A stretch of 64,000 nucleotides of DNA from a virus: the IMG/VR virus record IMGVR_UViG_3300044472_000055, positions 1 to 64,000 of that record, one strand, 5' to 3'. Each line of letters opens with the position of its first letter. The first letter of the stretch is position 1. The notes beneath the pieces were generated by a model. It worked only from the letters and a program-made list of their open reading frames with translations, searched no databases and was not told where the DNA came from. Made by a program: the position numbers and the translations under genes. Of the stretch, positions 27,650-37,413 are shown in pieces.

Positions 27650-28327
27650 ATGAACGTCACAGGCCATCGCGTGCTCATCGTCGGCGACAGCCTCTCGTTT
27701 CCGGGGGCGACACCGAAGGAGATCACGCAAGGATCGACCCGACGCAGCGCTGCACCCGGTGATCTCCTGGGCTCGATGCTCCTTGAAGCCGGGGCTTCAG
27801 CCGTGCGTGTCAACGCGAAAGTCGGCCGTAGTGCAGTGTCGTATCTGACGAACGAAAGCGCACTCATCACGAGTGACCTTGCGTGGCGCCCCACGCGAAT
27901 CGTGATCATGCTCGGAACCAACGACACGCAACGTGATTTCAAAGCGACCGCCGCAGCCTTCAAAGAACTGCACGCCGACTACAAGATGAGCGGCGCCGAG
28001 GTTTGGGCGGTAGGCCCTATGGCTTACGTCGGATCGGGCGCACGTCTCACAGCACCTGCGCTGTCGATCGTTGACATCATGCAGAAAGAGTTTGGTCCCA
28101 AATTCATCGACGCACGTCCACTGTCGGCTACCGACGGTCGCGCAAGTGATGGCATCCACTTCACAGCGACGAGCGCACCACCGACCGCAGCCGCCATCGC
28201 GAAGGCTTTGCTGTCGAAGCGCACGATCCCAACGTCGACGTGGATCTTCGGGCTTGCAGGCATCGGCCTAGCCTTCGCTGCGTGGTTCGGGACGAAGGTC
28301 ATCGCTCGCCGTATTGCCCTGCGGTAG
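27650..28327 (+). CDS. SGNH/GDSL hydrolase with C-terminal TM anchor
   Basis: VGDSLS, VGRS, LGTND and DGIHF blocks. Confidence 0.85.
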   Translation: MNVTGHRVLIVGDSLSFPGATPKEITQGSTRRSAAPGDLLGSMLLEAGASAVRVNAKVGRSAVSYLTNESALITSDLAWRPTRIVIMLGTNDTQRDFKATAAAFKELHADYKMSGAEVWAVGPMAYVGSGARLTAPALSIVDIMQKEFGPKFIDARPLSATDGRASDGIHFTATSAPPTAAAIAKALLSKRTIPTSTWIFGLAGIGLAFAAWFGTKVIARRIALR

Positions 28328-28335
28328 CGTAGGGC

Positions 28336-29169
28336 ATGGCGACTGTCGATTGCTGGCCCTGGTTTTCCCCTCAATACCGCGCGTTCGAGAATGAACCGTG
28401 GGCAAAGATCGTCGTCAAAGCGGGTGCGGCCGTCGACGGTAACGGCAACATTCCGATCGCACCCGAGACGCTACGAGCCAACGCCGAGCGCTTTCTCGCG
28501 CAGAACATCCCGCAGGCCCTCGCAATGATGGGCGGACGCCTCTCGCTGGAGACGTACACATACGCGCGCTACATGGCGAGCGAAGCGATGGGTAACTCCA
28601 GCACCGTTGAAGAACGTGTCGCCGTTGGTGAGGCCCTCAAGCACCGCACGAGCTTCGGCCGGTCCATCTACAAGCTCCTCACACCAAGCGGCTACTACGG
28701 TCCGATTCATGGACCCTCGGGCGTAGACTCGGCCCCATATGGACGCTGGGCCGCAACGACCCGCGATCCGAACGTGCTGACTATTCTGCTCGCGCACCTC
28801 GTCACGAGTGGCGCGAGCGGCAACTTCTCGCGGGGAGCCGATGATCAGGCCAACATGCTCGCGCGGGGGCTGGCGTACGGTCAGAGCTGGGTCAAGAACC
28901 ACGCCGCCCGAGGCAACTTCTGGGTCGGGCATCTGCCAGGCGTCGATCACCGAAAGACATTCCTCTACTTCACAGCTGATCCGATGACACGGGCCCTCAA
29001 GGGCAAAGAGCTGCTCGCGCGTGGGCTCGCTGCGCTCGAACAACAGCCCATCTGGCCCCCGACGGAGAACATCTGCAACAAGCCCCCGAAGAGCGGTACG
29101 GTCCTAGCGATTGCGTCGACAGTCGGGATTTTCGTCGGCGGATTCATCGCTGATCGCCTGGCACGTTAG
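28336..29169 (+). CDS. SleB/Hydrolase_2-like cell-wall hydrolase with C-terminal TM anchor
   Basis: YARYMASEA...EERVAVGEALKHR resembles the LAR..EA...AVA..NR motif. Confidence 0.55.
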   Translation: MATVDCWPWFSPQYRAFENEPWAKIVVKAGAAVDGNGNIPIAPETLRANAERFLAQNIPQALAMMGGRLSLETYTYARYMASEAMGNSSTVEERVAVGEALKHRTSFGRSIYKLLTPSGYYGPIHGPSGVDSAPYGRWAATTRDPNVLTILLAHLVTSGASGNFSRGADDQANMLARGLAYGQSWVKNHAARGNFWVGHLPGVDHRKTFLYFTADPMTRALKGKELLARGLAALEQQPIWPPTENICNKPPKSGTVLAIASTVGIFVGGFIADRLAR

Positions 29170-29178
29170 GCTGCCGTC

Positions 29179-29289
29179 GTGCCTGACGATCCTCCGTTTT
29201 TGACGAGTGCCCTCATGGTCACTGTCATACTGGCCCTCTGCCTCGTAGTCGTGCTGTCCAGCAATTGGCCCAGGAAACCAAAAAGCTGA
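29179..29289 (+). CDS. 36-aa single-TM microprotein (MPDDPPFLTSALMVTVILALCLVVVLSSNWPRKPKS)
   Basis: Below the ORF-track cutoff; TAGGCT-N6-GTG leaderless pattern; TM and basic tail. Confidence 0.5.
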   Translation: MPDDPPFLTSALMVTVILALCLVVVLSSNWPRKPKS

Positions 29290-29453
29290 TAAGCTCAACG
29301 TCTATGGGCCCCAACAAGCCAAAGGCACCGCCGAAGTCGTGTTGCACACGGCCGGTGGTGCGCCCTGTCCAGCCTGCGCGACCGGTGACGCGTCCTGTGA
29401 CGCCGCGTGGCGCACAAACTGTCCGCCCCCGCTAGCTCGAAAGGAAATGTGTC

Positions 29454-29693
29454 ATGGCAAAGTGCAAGCGTCAGAAGGTCGTCATCAAGAAGGGCCGCAA
29501 GGTCATCGCCGAATTCATGGGCCGCAAGGGCTCGGACTGCGGTCCGCGCAAGAAGCCGTCCACCGCGCACCTCCGCATGTTCAAGGACGTGATGAAGGAC
29601 GCCGCGCCGAGCTGCAAGCGTGGCGCTCGCGGTAACGTGAAGGCGTACCGCAAGTGCATCGGCGCTGCGGTTCGTCAAGCTGCTCGCGGCTAG
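29454..29693 (+). CDS. small highly basic protein, possible genome-condensing core protein
   Basis: Very K/R-rich; SD AAAGGA; followed by a strong hairpin. Confidence 0.65.
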   Translation: MAKCKRQKVVIKKGRKVIAEFMGRKGSDCGPRKKPSTAHLRMFKDVMKDAAPSCKRGARGNVKAYRKCIGAAVRQAARG

Positions 29694-29698
29694 TCCAC

Positions 29699-29749
29699 TT
29701 TCCAGTTTCGGCCGTTTTCCGTCGCAGGAAAATCAGCCGAAACTGGAAA
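29699..29749 (+). terminator. long inverted repeat after the basic-protein gene
   Basis: TTTCCAGTTTCGGC...GCCGAAACTGGAAA. Confidence 0.55.
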
Positions 29750-29863
29750 CCTCTCCCGCGCGCTGAGTAAGCGCGAGAGCGCGGCGCTCGACGAAGTTCC
29801 CCTTCCTCGCATCGAGTGCAGTCGAGCGCCGCGTGTCCTCCTGACACGAAAGAAGGCGCTCTG

Positions 29864-30163
29864 ATGTGCTGCGACGAAAGCTCAAACTTCGATCCTGAAA
29901 CTGGTAGCGGCAATCGGCAGACGTTTCGTTACGTCGCCGCCGGTGGTGAGGTATCGCCACTGACGATCACGTTGCCAGCGGCGCGGCTCAACGCCAACTA
30001 CAACGTAACGTTGACGATGGCACGTACGGCTGCGGGCGCGACCGCCTTCAAGGAGGTGTGGCCGCTCGTCAACACGTTCACCACGACGGACTTCGATGTC
30101 GAGCCAGCCGTCGCCCTCGAACTTGGTGACATCCTCCTATTTACCGTCGAGGATCTTACATGA
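29864..30163 (+). CDS. putative virion beta protein
   Basis: TITLPAARLNANYNVTLT...TTTDFDV, resembling gp53/H-lectin-like tips. Confidence 0.55.
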   Translation: MCCDESSNFDPETGSGNRQTFRYVAAGGEVSPLTITLPAARLNANYNVTLTMARTAAGATAFKEVWPLVNTFTTTDFDVEPAVALELGDILLFTVEDLT

Positions 30164-31230
30164 GGCATTCCATGCGCAGCTCCCATTTCAATTCGATCCT
30201 GATCGCTATCGTCGCGATCTCCGCTGTCGTCACCGTCTCACAGCGTGACCATGTCGAGCCTTTCTCGACGACGAGGGTCAACAACCTCGAAATCACCGGC
30301 ACGACACAGGCCACGGGCCTCATCACCGCGACGGCTGGCGTCACTTCGCCGTCCGACCTGAACGGCGATGAGGTGCATGGCAACCTCGTCACGAGCGCAG
30401 GCGACGTCACAGCCGCCGAAGACCTTACTGGCGAGACCGTACAGGTCTCCGAGGTTGGCAACGCCGCTTTCGCGAGCTTCGGGCCTGGGCAATCGGCTGC
30501 GGTGAGCGGCGCGAGTGCGGGACGCATTCGCTATAACGCCTCGACACAGAAATTTCAGGTCAGCGAGAACGGTGGAGCATATGCAAACGTCTCCACGAGT
30601 ACGGCAGGCGCTGGCCTCTATGCACCGATCATGGGCACCATCCCTACGGCCGCGAACACGGGATTCAGCAACTCTTGGTACCTGTGGACGGGCGGAACGT
30701 ACACCGACGGCGAGCTAGGGCCCCTCCTCGTGGTCCCGACGACGAGCGGCAACTTCAGGTACAGCGCACGTGGCAAAGCGGCCCCAGCCACTCCTTACAC
30801 GATCACGCTTCTGCTCGCAGCCAGCTTCCCCGTCGCATCGGTCAGCATCTCGGGTGGCCTCTATGTGGGCTGGGGCGAAGCAGCCACTGGCGCTGCGAAC
30901 AAGGGCGATTTTGCGGTGTCCTACCCGGGACAGTCGTCGCAGATGTATCGCGATCAAATGACCAACGCGACTACAAACTCTGCGCATACGACGCTCTCAG
31001 CAGCCATCACGTCGCATCCGTGGGTGAGCTGGTGGCGGCTCCGCGATGACGGGACGACAGCGACCATCAGCATCTCGACGAGCGGCGATGACGCTTCGTT
31101 TTTGCCTGTGTACACGGTGACCAAGGCAGGCAGCTTCCTCGGGGCAACCGGATACAACTACGTCCTGTGGGGCTGCAACGCATCTGCTGGCTCGGGCACG
31201 TGTCAACTAATGGCCTACGAGCTGAACTGA
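30160..31230 (+). CDS. fibre-like protein with N-terminal hydrophobic segment and lectin-like C-terminus
   Basis: GRIRYNASTQKFQVSENG fibre motif; WWRLRDDGTT beta domain. Confidence 0.6.
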   Translation: MRHSMRSSHFNSILIAIVAISAVVTVSQRDHVEPFSTTRVNNLEITGTTQATGLITATAGVTSPSDLNGDEVHGNLVTSAGDVTAAEDLTGETVQVSEVGNAAFASFGPGQSAAVSGASAGRIRYNASTQKFQVSENGGAYANVSTSTAGAGLYAPIMGTIPTAANTGFSNSWYLWTGGTYTDGELGPLLVVPTTSGNFRYSARGKAAPATPYTITLLLAASFPVASVSISGGLYVGWGEAATGAANKGDFAVSYPGQSSQMYRDQMTNATTNSAHTTLSAAITSHPWVSWWRLRDDGTTATISISTSGDDASFLPVYTVTKAGSFLGATGYNYVLWGCNASAGSGTCQLMAYELN

Positions 31231-31460
31231 TGCGCGGCCTACGTGACTTGCTCTCGTCAGAGCGCGGCGCATGGTGCGCAGTCGTGTTGATCATATCGAT
31301 CGTGTTCATGCTAACGCGGCAGCTGACCAGTGAGAGTTGGATCGACCTCATCAAGTTCTTGACGATGGTGCTAGTCGCCAGCAAGACCGTGACGACCGCT
31401 GTCGAGACCCGCACGCTCAAGGAACCGCAGATTCCTCCCGCGCGTGTAGTCGAACGCTAG
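31230..31460 (+). CDS. holin-like protein, paralogue of 15879-16118
   Basis: DL..SERG, TM, T...W..L.K, A.K pattern shared. Confidence 0.6.
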   Translation: MRGLRDLLSSERGAWCAVVLIISIVFMLTRQLTSESWIDLIKFLTMVLVASKTVTTAVETRTLKEPQIPPARVVER

Positions 31461-32200
31461 CCGCCGAAGACGCTCTTCAAGAGAAGGGCGACACCTGCGC
31501 CACCGCTACCAACGAGCGCGGACACAATCGCGACCTTCGCTTTCAGCGTAAGCACGAAGTCTTCGAGGGCACGAATGCGCGTTTCCTTCTGCGCAATGTC
31601 GGCCTTGAGCTGTGTCTCGCGCTTCTCCCAATCGGCGCGCAGCTCGATCATGCTGGCACGCGCATGCGCGAATTGCTCATCGCTACGCTTGATGTATTCA
31701 TCGACGTTGCGTTCGAGACGATCGACGTCTTTCTCGATGCGTCCCATATGCTGCCCGATGTTCTCCAGCGTCTTGAGCGCGGTGGGCCACTCGTGAGACC
31801 AGAAGCGATCTTGGCGAGTGCTGTTCGCGACGTTTGCTCGCTCGATCACGTCGACGCGCCCCAGAAGCGTCTTGACCGCAGGCATCATGAAGTCACGTGT
31901 CAGCGCGACTAGCTCGGTGACGTCCTTGCCAAGCGTGACAACGTTCTCGTGGAGGTTACGTGCCTCCCATACGCGTGCGATGGCCGCTGCGTGCTCCTGA
32001 GCGCCCGCCCGCAGCACCTCGACTTGCTCCTCGATGGACAACGACGCGATGAATTCAGGCGGAGGCGCAGGAGGAGGCGTCATCTCCGGATCGATCTCGA
32101 CCTCAGGAATGGCGAACCTCGGGTTGGTCTTCGTACGTGCACCTTGAGAGGCACGCTCGACATCACCTGCGATACTTCCGGCTCGTCTCTTGTCGGTCAT
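31457..32200 (-). CDS. coiled-coil protein with C-terminal TM
   Basis: Heptad-rich; VAIVSALVGSGGAGVALLL. Confidence 0.7.
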   Translation of the reverse strand: MTDKRRAGSIAGDVERASQGARTKTNPRFAIPEVEIDPEMTPPPAPPPEFIASLSIEEQVEVLRAGAQEHAAAIARVWEARNLHENVVTLGKDVTELVALTRDFMMPAVKTLLGRVDVIERANVANSTRQDRFWSHEWPTALKTLENIGQHMGRIEKDVDRLERNVDEYIKRSDEQFAHARASMIELRADWEKRETQLKADIAQKETRIRALEDFVLTLKAKVAIVSALVGSGGAGVALLLKSVFGG

Positions 32201-32293
32201 TGGCAGAGGCTCCGGTGCAGGGAAACCACATCATCTGCACGCCACACTCTGCCGTTGAGTCTACACGAATCGATTGCGCCGATCGCCGGTTAG

Positions 32294-32653
32294 CTATCGT
32301 CCGGCGGTAGCTGCCTCTACCAACACGTCGTAAATCTCGCCGTCATCGAGGCTTCCCTCATGTTTCGAGGATCCTCGTCCACGTGTGATCAGCACCGTCG
32401 TTGGCATTCCACTCACACCATATTGGTCGGCGAGCGCTTGAATCCCTTGATCTGTACTCGTGGCATCGTAGATGAGGACGGGGATCGTCTTCGGGGCAAT
32501 CGGCTTGCCAGTAGAATGGTAGACGAAGCGATGACCCAGACGTTGGAAGCCCTCCAGCTGACGCTGGAATCGCGGTAGGTAATCTTCACAGGCGCCACAT
32601 CCTGGCATCGCGAAGACGATCAGCACTGCGTTGACGCGCGACAGGTCGCTCAT
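32294..32653 (-). CDS. thioredoxin-like oxidoreductase
   Basis: VFAMPGCGAC; LADQYGVSGMPT cis-Pro motif. Confidence 0.85.
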   Translation of the reverse strand: MSDLSRVNAVLIVFAMPGCGACEDYLPRFQRQLEGFQRLGHRFVYHSTGKPIAPKTIPVLIYDATSTDQGIQALADQYGVSGMPTTVLITRGRGSSKHEGSLDDGEIYDVLVEAATAGR

Positions 32654-33567
32654 GCTGCAGTCGTATCAGATTCGGGCAACGAGAGGAGTGGTTTGCCATC
32701 ACGATGGCGCTGCCACAGCTTCCAAGCGACGATCGCCCCGAACCCCGCGAGAACGGTGAAACCCGTCCATTGCAGAAGCCCCCACGTACCGTTGGCTTCC
32801 CACGACGTCTTGATGTTGGGCTTGTCGATGAGCTTGGCGCAGCGATCGAGGCAGACCTCATTGGTGCCACCCTGTTGCACACAGGTCTGATAGCAAGCAA
32901 GCCGTGACGCCGTGTAATTCGCGAAGGCATCGGCCTGCAGCTTCACCTGCTTGACGTTGGCCTCCTGAATCGCATTGGTCTCCAGATACTTCAAGATCGC
33001 AGAGACGACCGCACCGACGACAACGATGCTGATTACCGCGATCACGATGAGCACACCCGCGCCAATCCCGAGACCCGCGATCTGCTGCTGCTTCTCGTTC
33101 TCGCGATGTGCTTGCAGCTCCATCAGCATCTTGAAGCTCGGGGCAGACTCTGGGTTGTACACCCACTGATCTGTCGTCGAGATATCGATGTCGTTCGTCG
33201 ACAAGTACTGCGTGTTCTCGTCGGGACCGCGCAGCGCCGTGCCCATGAGGCCCGACAGTGGCTGGTTCTGCCCATCGCAGTTGATCTTCCAGGCCTCAGA
33301 ACCTTGGATACCCTTCCACGTGAACAACGTCGGCATCGGGGGCTCCGACGGAACATTCTGCCCCGCCGCCTTGAGTGTCGACAGCATGCCGCGTTGCGCA
33401 TTCCAGATCATCAACGCGAACACGTTGTAGGTCTTGACCTCAGCACACGTCGCGCGTCCGAGCTGCAAGAGCCCGCTGATCTGTGCCGCTGACTTCCGCA
33501 GGCTCTCGTACGTCTGCTGCAGTGCGTCCGCGATATTTTTCAAACGTTGCTCTTCACTCGTCGCCAT
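32650..33567 (-). CDS. two-TM Cys-containing putative virion membrane protein
   Basis: TMs flank CYQTC...CLDRC; TAGACT-N6-ATG. Confidence 0.7.
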   Translation of the reverse strand: MATSEEQRLKNIADALQQTYESLRKSAAQISGLLQLGRATCAEVKTYNVFALMIWNAQRGMLSTLKAAGQNVPSEPPMPTLFTWKGIQGSEAWKINCDGQNQPLSGLMGTALRGPDENTQYLSTNDIDISTTDQWVYNPESAPSFKMLMELQAHRENEKQQQIAGLGIGAGVLIVIAVISIVVVGAVVSAILKYLETNAIQEANVKQVKLQADAFANYTASRLACYQTCVQQGGTNEVCLDRCAKLIDKPNIKTSWEANGTWGLLQWTGFTVLAGFGAIVAWKLWQRHRDGKPLLSLPESDTTAA

Positions 33568-33922
33568 GCCTGAAGTCTAAACTAAATGAATGTCCTTGGA
33601 GTGGCGTGCTTTGCGGAGCTTCACGTAGGAGTGCCGCAGCTGGCCAAGCGTTGCGTCGCAGCGCCAGACAGTGGCTTGCCAGGCCCGACAGTGCTTCGCA
33701 TCGTAGTGCGGCTATAGCACAACAAAAACAAGGCGTGCTACAAGCGCCGTCCGCTATGCCCGTGACCCCCGAAGAGAAGACCGAACGCGCTCTCTGCACC
33801 CTCGCCGATTGGGCCTTCGAGTGTCGAGATCTGCTCGAAGCAAAGCCCGCCGTGAGGGTCGAATCTCTCGACGTGTTGCTTCGGCCGGGTGTGCTTCGGA
33901 GGCGTCGTGACGAGCGCGAGCG

Positions 33923-34888
33923 CTAGTCTTCGAGACCGACGGTCCAACCGCTGATACGACCGTTGCCACTGGTTTCTGCGTACAGCATGAGATACGCCGC
34001 CGCTGGATTGCAGATGTGGAACCGGACACTCGCCAAGCCACCGGCATCTGCCGTCTCGGTTCGCTCACCGACAGTCTCTTCCTGTACGGTGGCGCTGTAG
34101 TTCATCGTCCGCAGAACTGCTGCACGGAACGTGAACGTGTCGCCACCTGCTGCGTTGTTGCCGCGCATTTTGACGACAACATTCTTGCGCCCGTAGATCG
34201 GCACCTGCTGAATCAGCACTTCACCGAGACCTGCTAGCGCCGTCGTCGCATTGTCGACGTTGCCGAAGATCTGCGGCATGCGTTTGGTAGAAACCAAAAT
34301 GTCCGGGCGCAGCAACAGACGCAGCTGCAACGTCGGTGGAATCCACTTGGCATTGATACCCGGTGGGATCGGGTTCAACGTGACAACGGTGCCATCCTCC
34401 TTCAGATACGAAGGCGGCACTTCCGTCGACGTGATATTCGACGCGCCTTGCCGCTGGATGTTCGCGACCACATACATGAGCCCCTGCGACTGCGCGAGCC
34501 ACGGGTTGTTCACGTTGGTGGGAGTGTATGGCGAGATCGTATTCGAAAGGGACGGAGCCCTCTTCGCGGCCTGCGTGAACAGCAAAGGCTGTTCAACACT
34601 GATCCCGCGCACGAGATCGGCCGTACGGTTCAGCTGCGCGACATCCTTGCTCGGGTTTGTCGAGATCCAGCAACGATCGACCATGCTCTCGGGACCGATG
34701 GCAATACCGGCCAACGAGTTCGGCAACCCGGGCTGGGTGAAGTACGGGTACGAATCGATGCCGAGCAACGAAGGCAGGTTGTTGACGTCGATGCGTGTGC
34801 CCCAGTAGTGCACCCACACGTCGTAAACGTCTGCCTGACGCGCGATCGCGTCCTGGAGGCTCAGCGACGGTGTTTCGATAATTGCCAT
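33923..34888 (-). CDS. putative virion structural protein
   Basis: Beta-rich; downstream of the small capsid candidate. Confidence 0.6.
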   Translation of the reverse strand: MAIIETPSLSLQDAIARQADVYDVWVHYWGTRIDVNNLPSLLGIDSYPYFTQPGLPNSLAGIAIGPESMVDRCWISTNPSKDVAQLNRTADLVRGISVEQPLLFTQAAKRAPSLSNTISPYTPTNVNNPWLAQSQGLMYVVANIQRQGASNITSTEVPPSYLKEDGTVVTLNPIPPGINAKWIPPTLQLRLLLRPDILVSTKRMPQIFGNVDNATTALAGLGEVLIQQVPIYGRKNVVVKMRGNNAAGGDTFTFRAAVLRTMNYSATVQEETVGERTETADAGGLASVRFHICNPAAAYLMLYAETSGNGRISGWTVGLED

Positions 34889-34891
34889 GGC

Positions 34892-35215
34892 CTAGGACTC
34901 CATCTGCCCCTGAGACAGCGCCTCAGAGACCGCGATCGAGGCGAACCCGCCAGCGCCGATACACGCCGCGTAAATGCCCTGCTTCGGCATCAGCACGAAG
35001 ACCTCGGAGGCGCCCGCTGGCAGGCGGAAGCATCCTGCCAACGGGTTGTCGTTCTGCAGCACCGTTGTCTCGTGTGCGATGATCATCAGCGCACCACCCG
35101 AATTGCGCACGACGATACGCATCGGAACGTCATTCGCCTTGAACAAGGTGGCCGGATCATTGCCTTGCGCAGGCACGAGCAGCGTGTTGATGAAGCTATC
35201 GGTCGGCTTACGCAT
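34892..35215 (-). CDS. small beta-sandwich (penton-like) protein
   Basis: RIVVRNSG...FRLPAGASEVFVL. Confidence 0.55.
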   Translation of the reverse strand: MRKPTDSFINTLLVPAQGNDPATLFKANDVPMRIVVRNSGGALMIIAHETTVLQNDNPLAGCFRLPAGASEVFVLMPKQGIYAACIGAGGFASIAVSEALSQGQMES

Positions 35216-35247
35216 GACTGTCACCCCCAGCGCTTACGGTGAAGGTG

Positions 35248-35757
35248 TTAGCGGCTCTCCGACGCGGGGGCCACGACGATGAGGAACCCTTGGAACGAGA
35301 TCTCCAGCCGCAGCCCGTTCAGATCATCGATCGGCGCGGGATTCACCGGGAACGTCAGCGCATCAGCGACGATCTGGATCAGCTCGGTGCGGATGAGGTA
35401 GTAGGGTTCGGCCCACTCCCACGTACGCTCGCTCGAACCCTTCGTGAGCAGGTTCAGGAGCGTCGGCGACTTCGTGAGTGGCGTGTTCTTGCCGAGGTCG
35501 GTGATCGCCACGCGCAGCAACGACTGCATGAGATCCTGATCCGGCTGCGTGGCCAGCGCGACACCCGTGCTGTCGAGCGCCGTGACGCGCGGGATCATGC
35601 GATGGATCTCGAACGGCTTGTCGATGTTGTTCGCGAAGGTCGCGTCCGGGAACTGCTGTCCCGTTGCACCCGACGTCAGCGTCAGCTCCCCGTCCATCTC
35701 GTAGGGGATGCGCATCGTGATGAGCTTTTCAGCCCAGTGGCTTGGCAGACGACCCAT
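35248..35757 (-). CDS. candidate small single-jelly-roll capsid protein
   Basis: 169 aa, alternating beta pattern ending RLEISFQGFLIV; SD AGGAG; size comparable to small MCPs of two-MCP SJR viruses. Confidence 0.45.
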   Translation of the reverse strand: MGRLPSHWAEKLITMRIPYEMDGELTLTSGATGQQFPDATFANNIDKPFEIHRMIPRVTALDSTGVALATQPDQDLMQSLLRVAITDLGKNTPLTKSPTLLNLLTKGSSERTWEWAEPYYLIRTELIQIVADALTFPVNPAPIDDLNGLRLEISFQGFLIVVAPASESR

Positions 35758-35786
35758 TGTGTAGCTCCTGTCGCCGTTTGAACTTG

Positions 35787-36200
35787 ATGGCGACGGAAGT
35801 GAGCGTACCAGAAGCGAAACCCAACGTCATGATTTGCACACACCCCACTACGCAAGCACCGAACATGAGCAGCGGAGTCTCTTACACAGCCCCGACAATC
35901 GGTCCGAAGGTCTACGTCACGCGTGGCCCCTCAGGCTGGCCCGAGACCTTTCAGCGCAAGGAAGCCGATGCCAAGCTGCTCGACTTCGTAGGGCCCGTAC
36001 CGCTCGAAGACCTCATCTTGACGTTCATCCGGCAGCGCACCCTCGCGGACGAACCCGAGCCGACAACGTGGGCGCACATCACGCACTACCTCGCTCGCAA
36101 CCTCAGCGTCCCTGTCACCACAATCCCTGATGCGGTAGGCGTCGCTTTCTGGGCGCACGTCGTCACGGCAATGGCCGCACACGGCCAGGCGTTGAACTAA
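35787..36200 (+). CDS. hypothetical protein
   Basis: Coupled to the downstream gene; start uncertain. Confidence 0.5.
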   Translation: MATEVSVPEAKPNVMICTHPTTQAPNMSSGVSYTAPTIGPKVYVTRGPSGWPETFQRKEADAKLLDFVGPVPLEDLILTFIRQRTLADEPEPTTWAHITHYLARNLSVPVTTIPDAVGVAFWAHVVTAMAAHGQALN

Positions 36201-36586
36201 TGTCAAAGTTTTGGATCGAGGCGATTGGCATCGCTGCGTTCGCCACGAACGTCTGGGCCAACATTCTCATCGCGCGAAAGAGCGAGACCGGCTGGGTCGT
36301 CCGCTTGGTCTCGAATGCCTTCTGGCTTGCCTTCGGCATCGTCGCATTCAGCTTTGCTAACATCCTCAACGCAGTCGTGTTCGCGGGAATCAACGTCTAC
36401 GGCCTACTTCGTTGGCGAAAGGAACGACTGATGCCGAAAAAGTGCGACGATCATTTTCGAATCGACTGCCGCTTCTGTAGCAACATCGTGAAGCAATGTG
36501 GCTGCCACATTGGTACGGACAAGCCGATCACACACGACGGCGTTTGTGGCCCGTGTGGGCGACAGATGCCGCCTATTCGACGTTGA
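36200..36586 (+). CDS. PnuC-like 3-TM protein with Cys-rich tail
   Basis: ARKSETGW...NAFW...INVYGLLRW; CRFC, CGC, CGPC. Confidence 0.6.
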   Translation: MSKFWIEAIGIAAFATNVWANILIARKSETGWVVRLVSNAFWLAFGIVAFSFANILNAVVFAGINVYGLLRWRKERLMPKKCDDHFRIDCRFCSNIVKQCGCHIGTDKPITHDGVCGPCGRQMPPIRR

Positions 36587-37109
36587 GCACGTTCTTGAGG
36601 ATCGTCTTCACCGCAGCATCGTCCGTCTCGTAGTGATCCGCGAGCGCCGTGAAGATCGAACGCTCCGTACCTGCGACGATGATCCAACGATCAGCCTCGG
36701 ATGGAATCGGCGCACCCTGCGAGCGCATCTGCTCGACGAATGCCTGCATCGCGAGGATGTAGCCGAATTCGACGGGCGCCCCGTCGGTGTACACACCCTT
36801 CGGCGGCAGCAGATAAAGGAAGATCGACGACTGCGAGACCTCGTGCAGATCGACTGCCGACCACATCGCACGTTGATCACGATCCGCTGTCATCAGGTTC
36901 GCGTCACCGACCTTCCTGATCACGTCGACCCACGTCGATGTCACGAGCATGCCGTTCGCGCGTAGCTGCGCCATTACAGCTTCGGCACGATCGATTTCAC
37001 GTGATGCCGCCGCGACATAGATCGCACGAGGAAAGTCATTGGGCGAGACTTGCTTGAGCTGCGGCACCTTGACGTCGTTGCTGGGTTCTTTGTTGACGAG
37101 ACCAAACAT
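36573..37109 (-). CDS. nucleoside 2-deoxyribosyltransferase-like protein
   Basis: IYVAA...STW...DLHEV...GAPVEFGY. Confidence 0.65.
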   Translation of the reverse strand: MFGLVNKEPSNDVKVPQLKQVSPNDFPRAIYVAAASREIDRAEAVMAQLRANGMLVTSTWVDVIRKVGDANLMTADRDQRAMWSAVDLHEVSQSSIFLYLLPPKGVYTDGAPVEFGYILAMQAFVEQMRSQGAPIPSEADRWIIVAGTERSIFTALADHYETDDAAVKTILKNVLNVE

Positions 37110-37381
37110 TACTTTTTCTCCTGGGTAGCGATGAGCAAACGTTCATGCGTTTCGTCTAGGATTCGTGTGAGCACGTCGCGCAACGCACGGGTTCGATTCA
37201 AATCGAGATGCTGTGATGCCAGCAAACGATCGCCGCTTTCGAGCACCATGATTTGCGTGCCACCGTCAGCGGGAAACAACCGCAACATGCCTTCGTTGTC
37301 GCCGCACTCTGTGATCACATCAGCACGCTTCAAGTGCCCCGTCTTGTCGCAGACGTTTTGCAAAACGATGATCTTCGCCAT
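37109..37381 (-). CDS. hypothetical protein
   Basis: Directly follows a motif promoter. Confidence 0.6.
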   Translation of the reverse strand: MAKIIVLQNVCDKTGHLKRADVITECGDNEGMLRLFPADGGTQIMVLESGDRLLASQHLDLNRTRALRDVLTRILDETHERLLIATQEKK

Positions 37382-37413
37382 CCAGCGGAACCTAACCGCT
37401 GGGGATGACAGTC

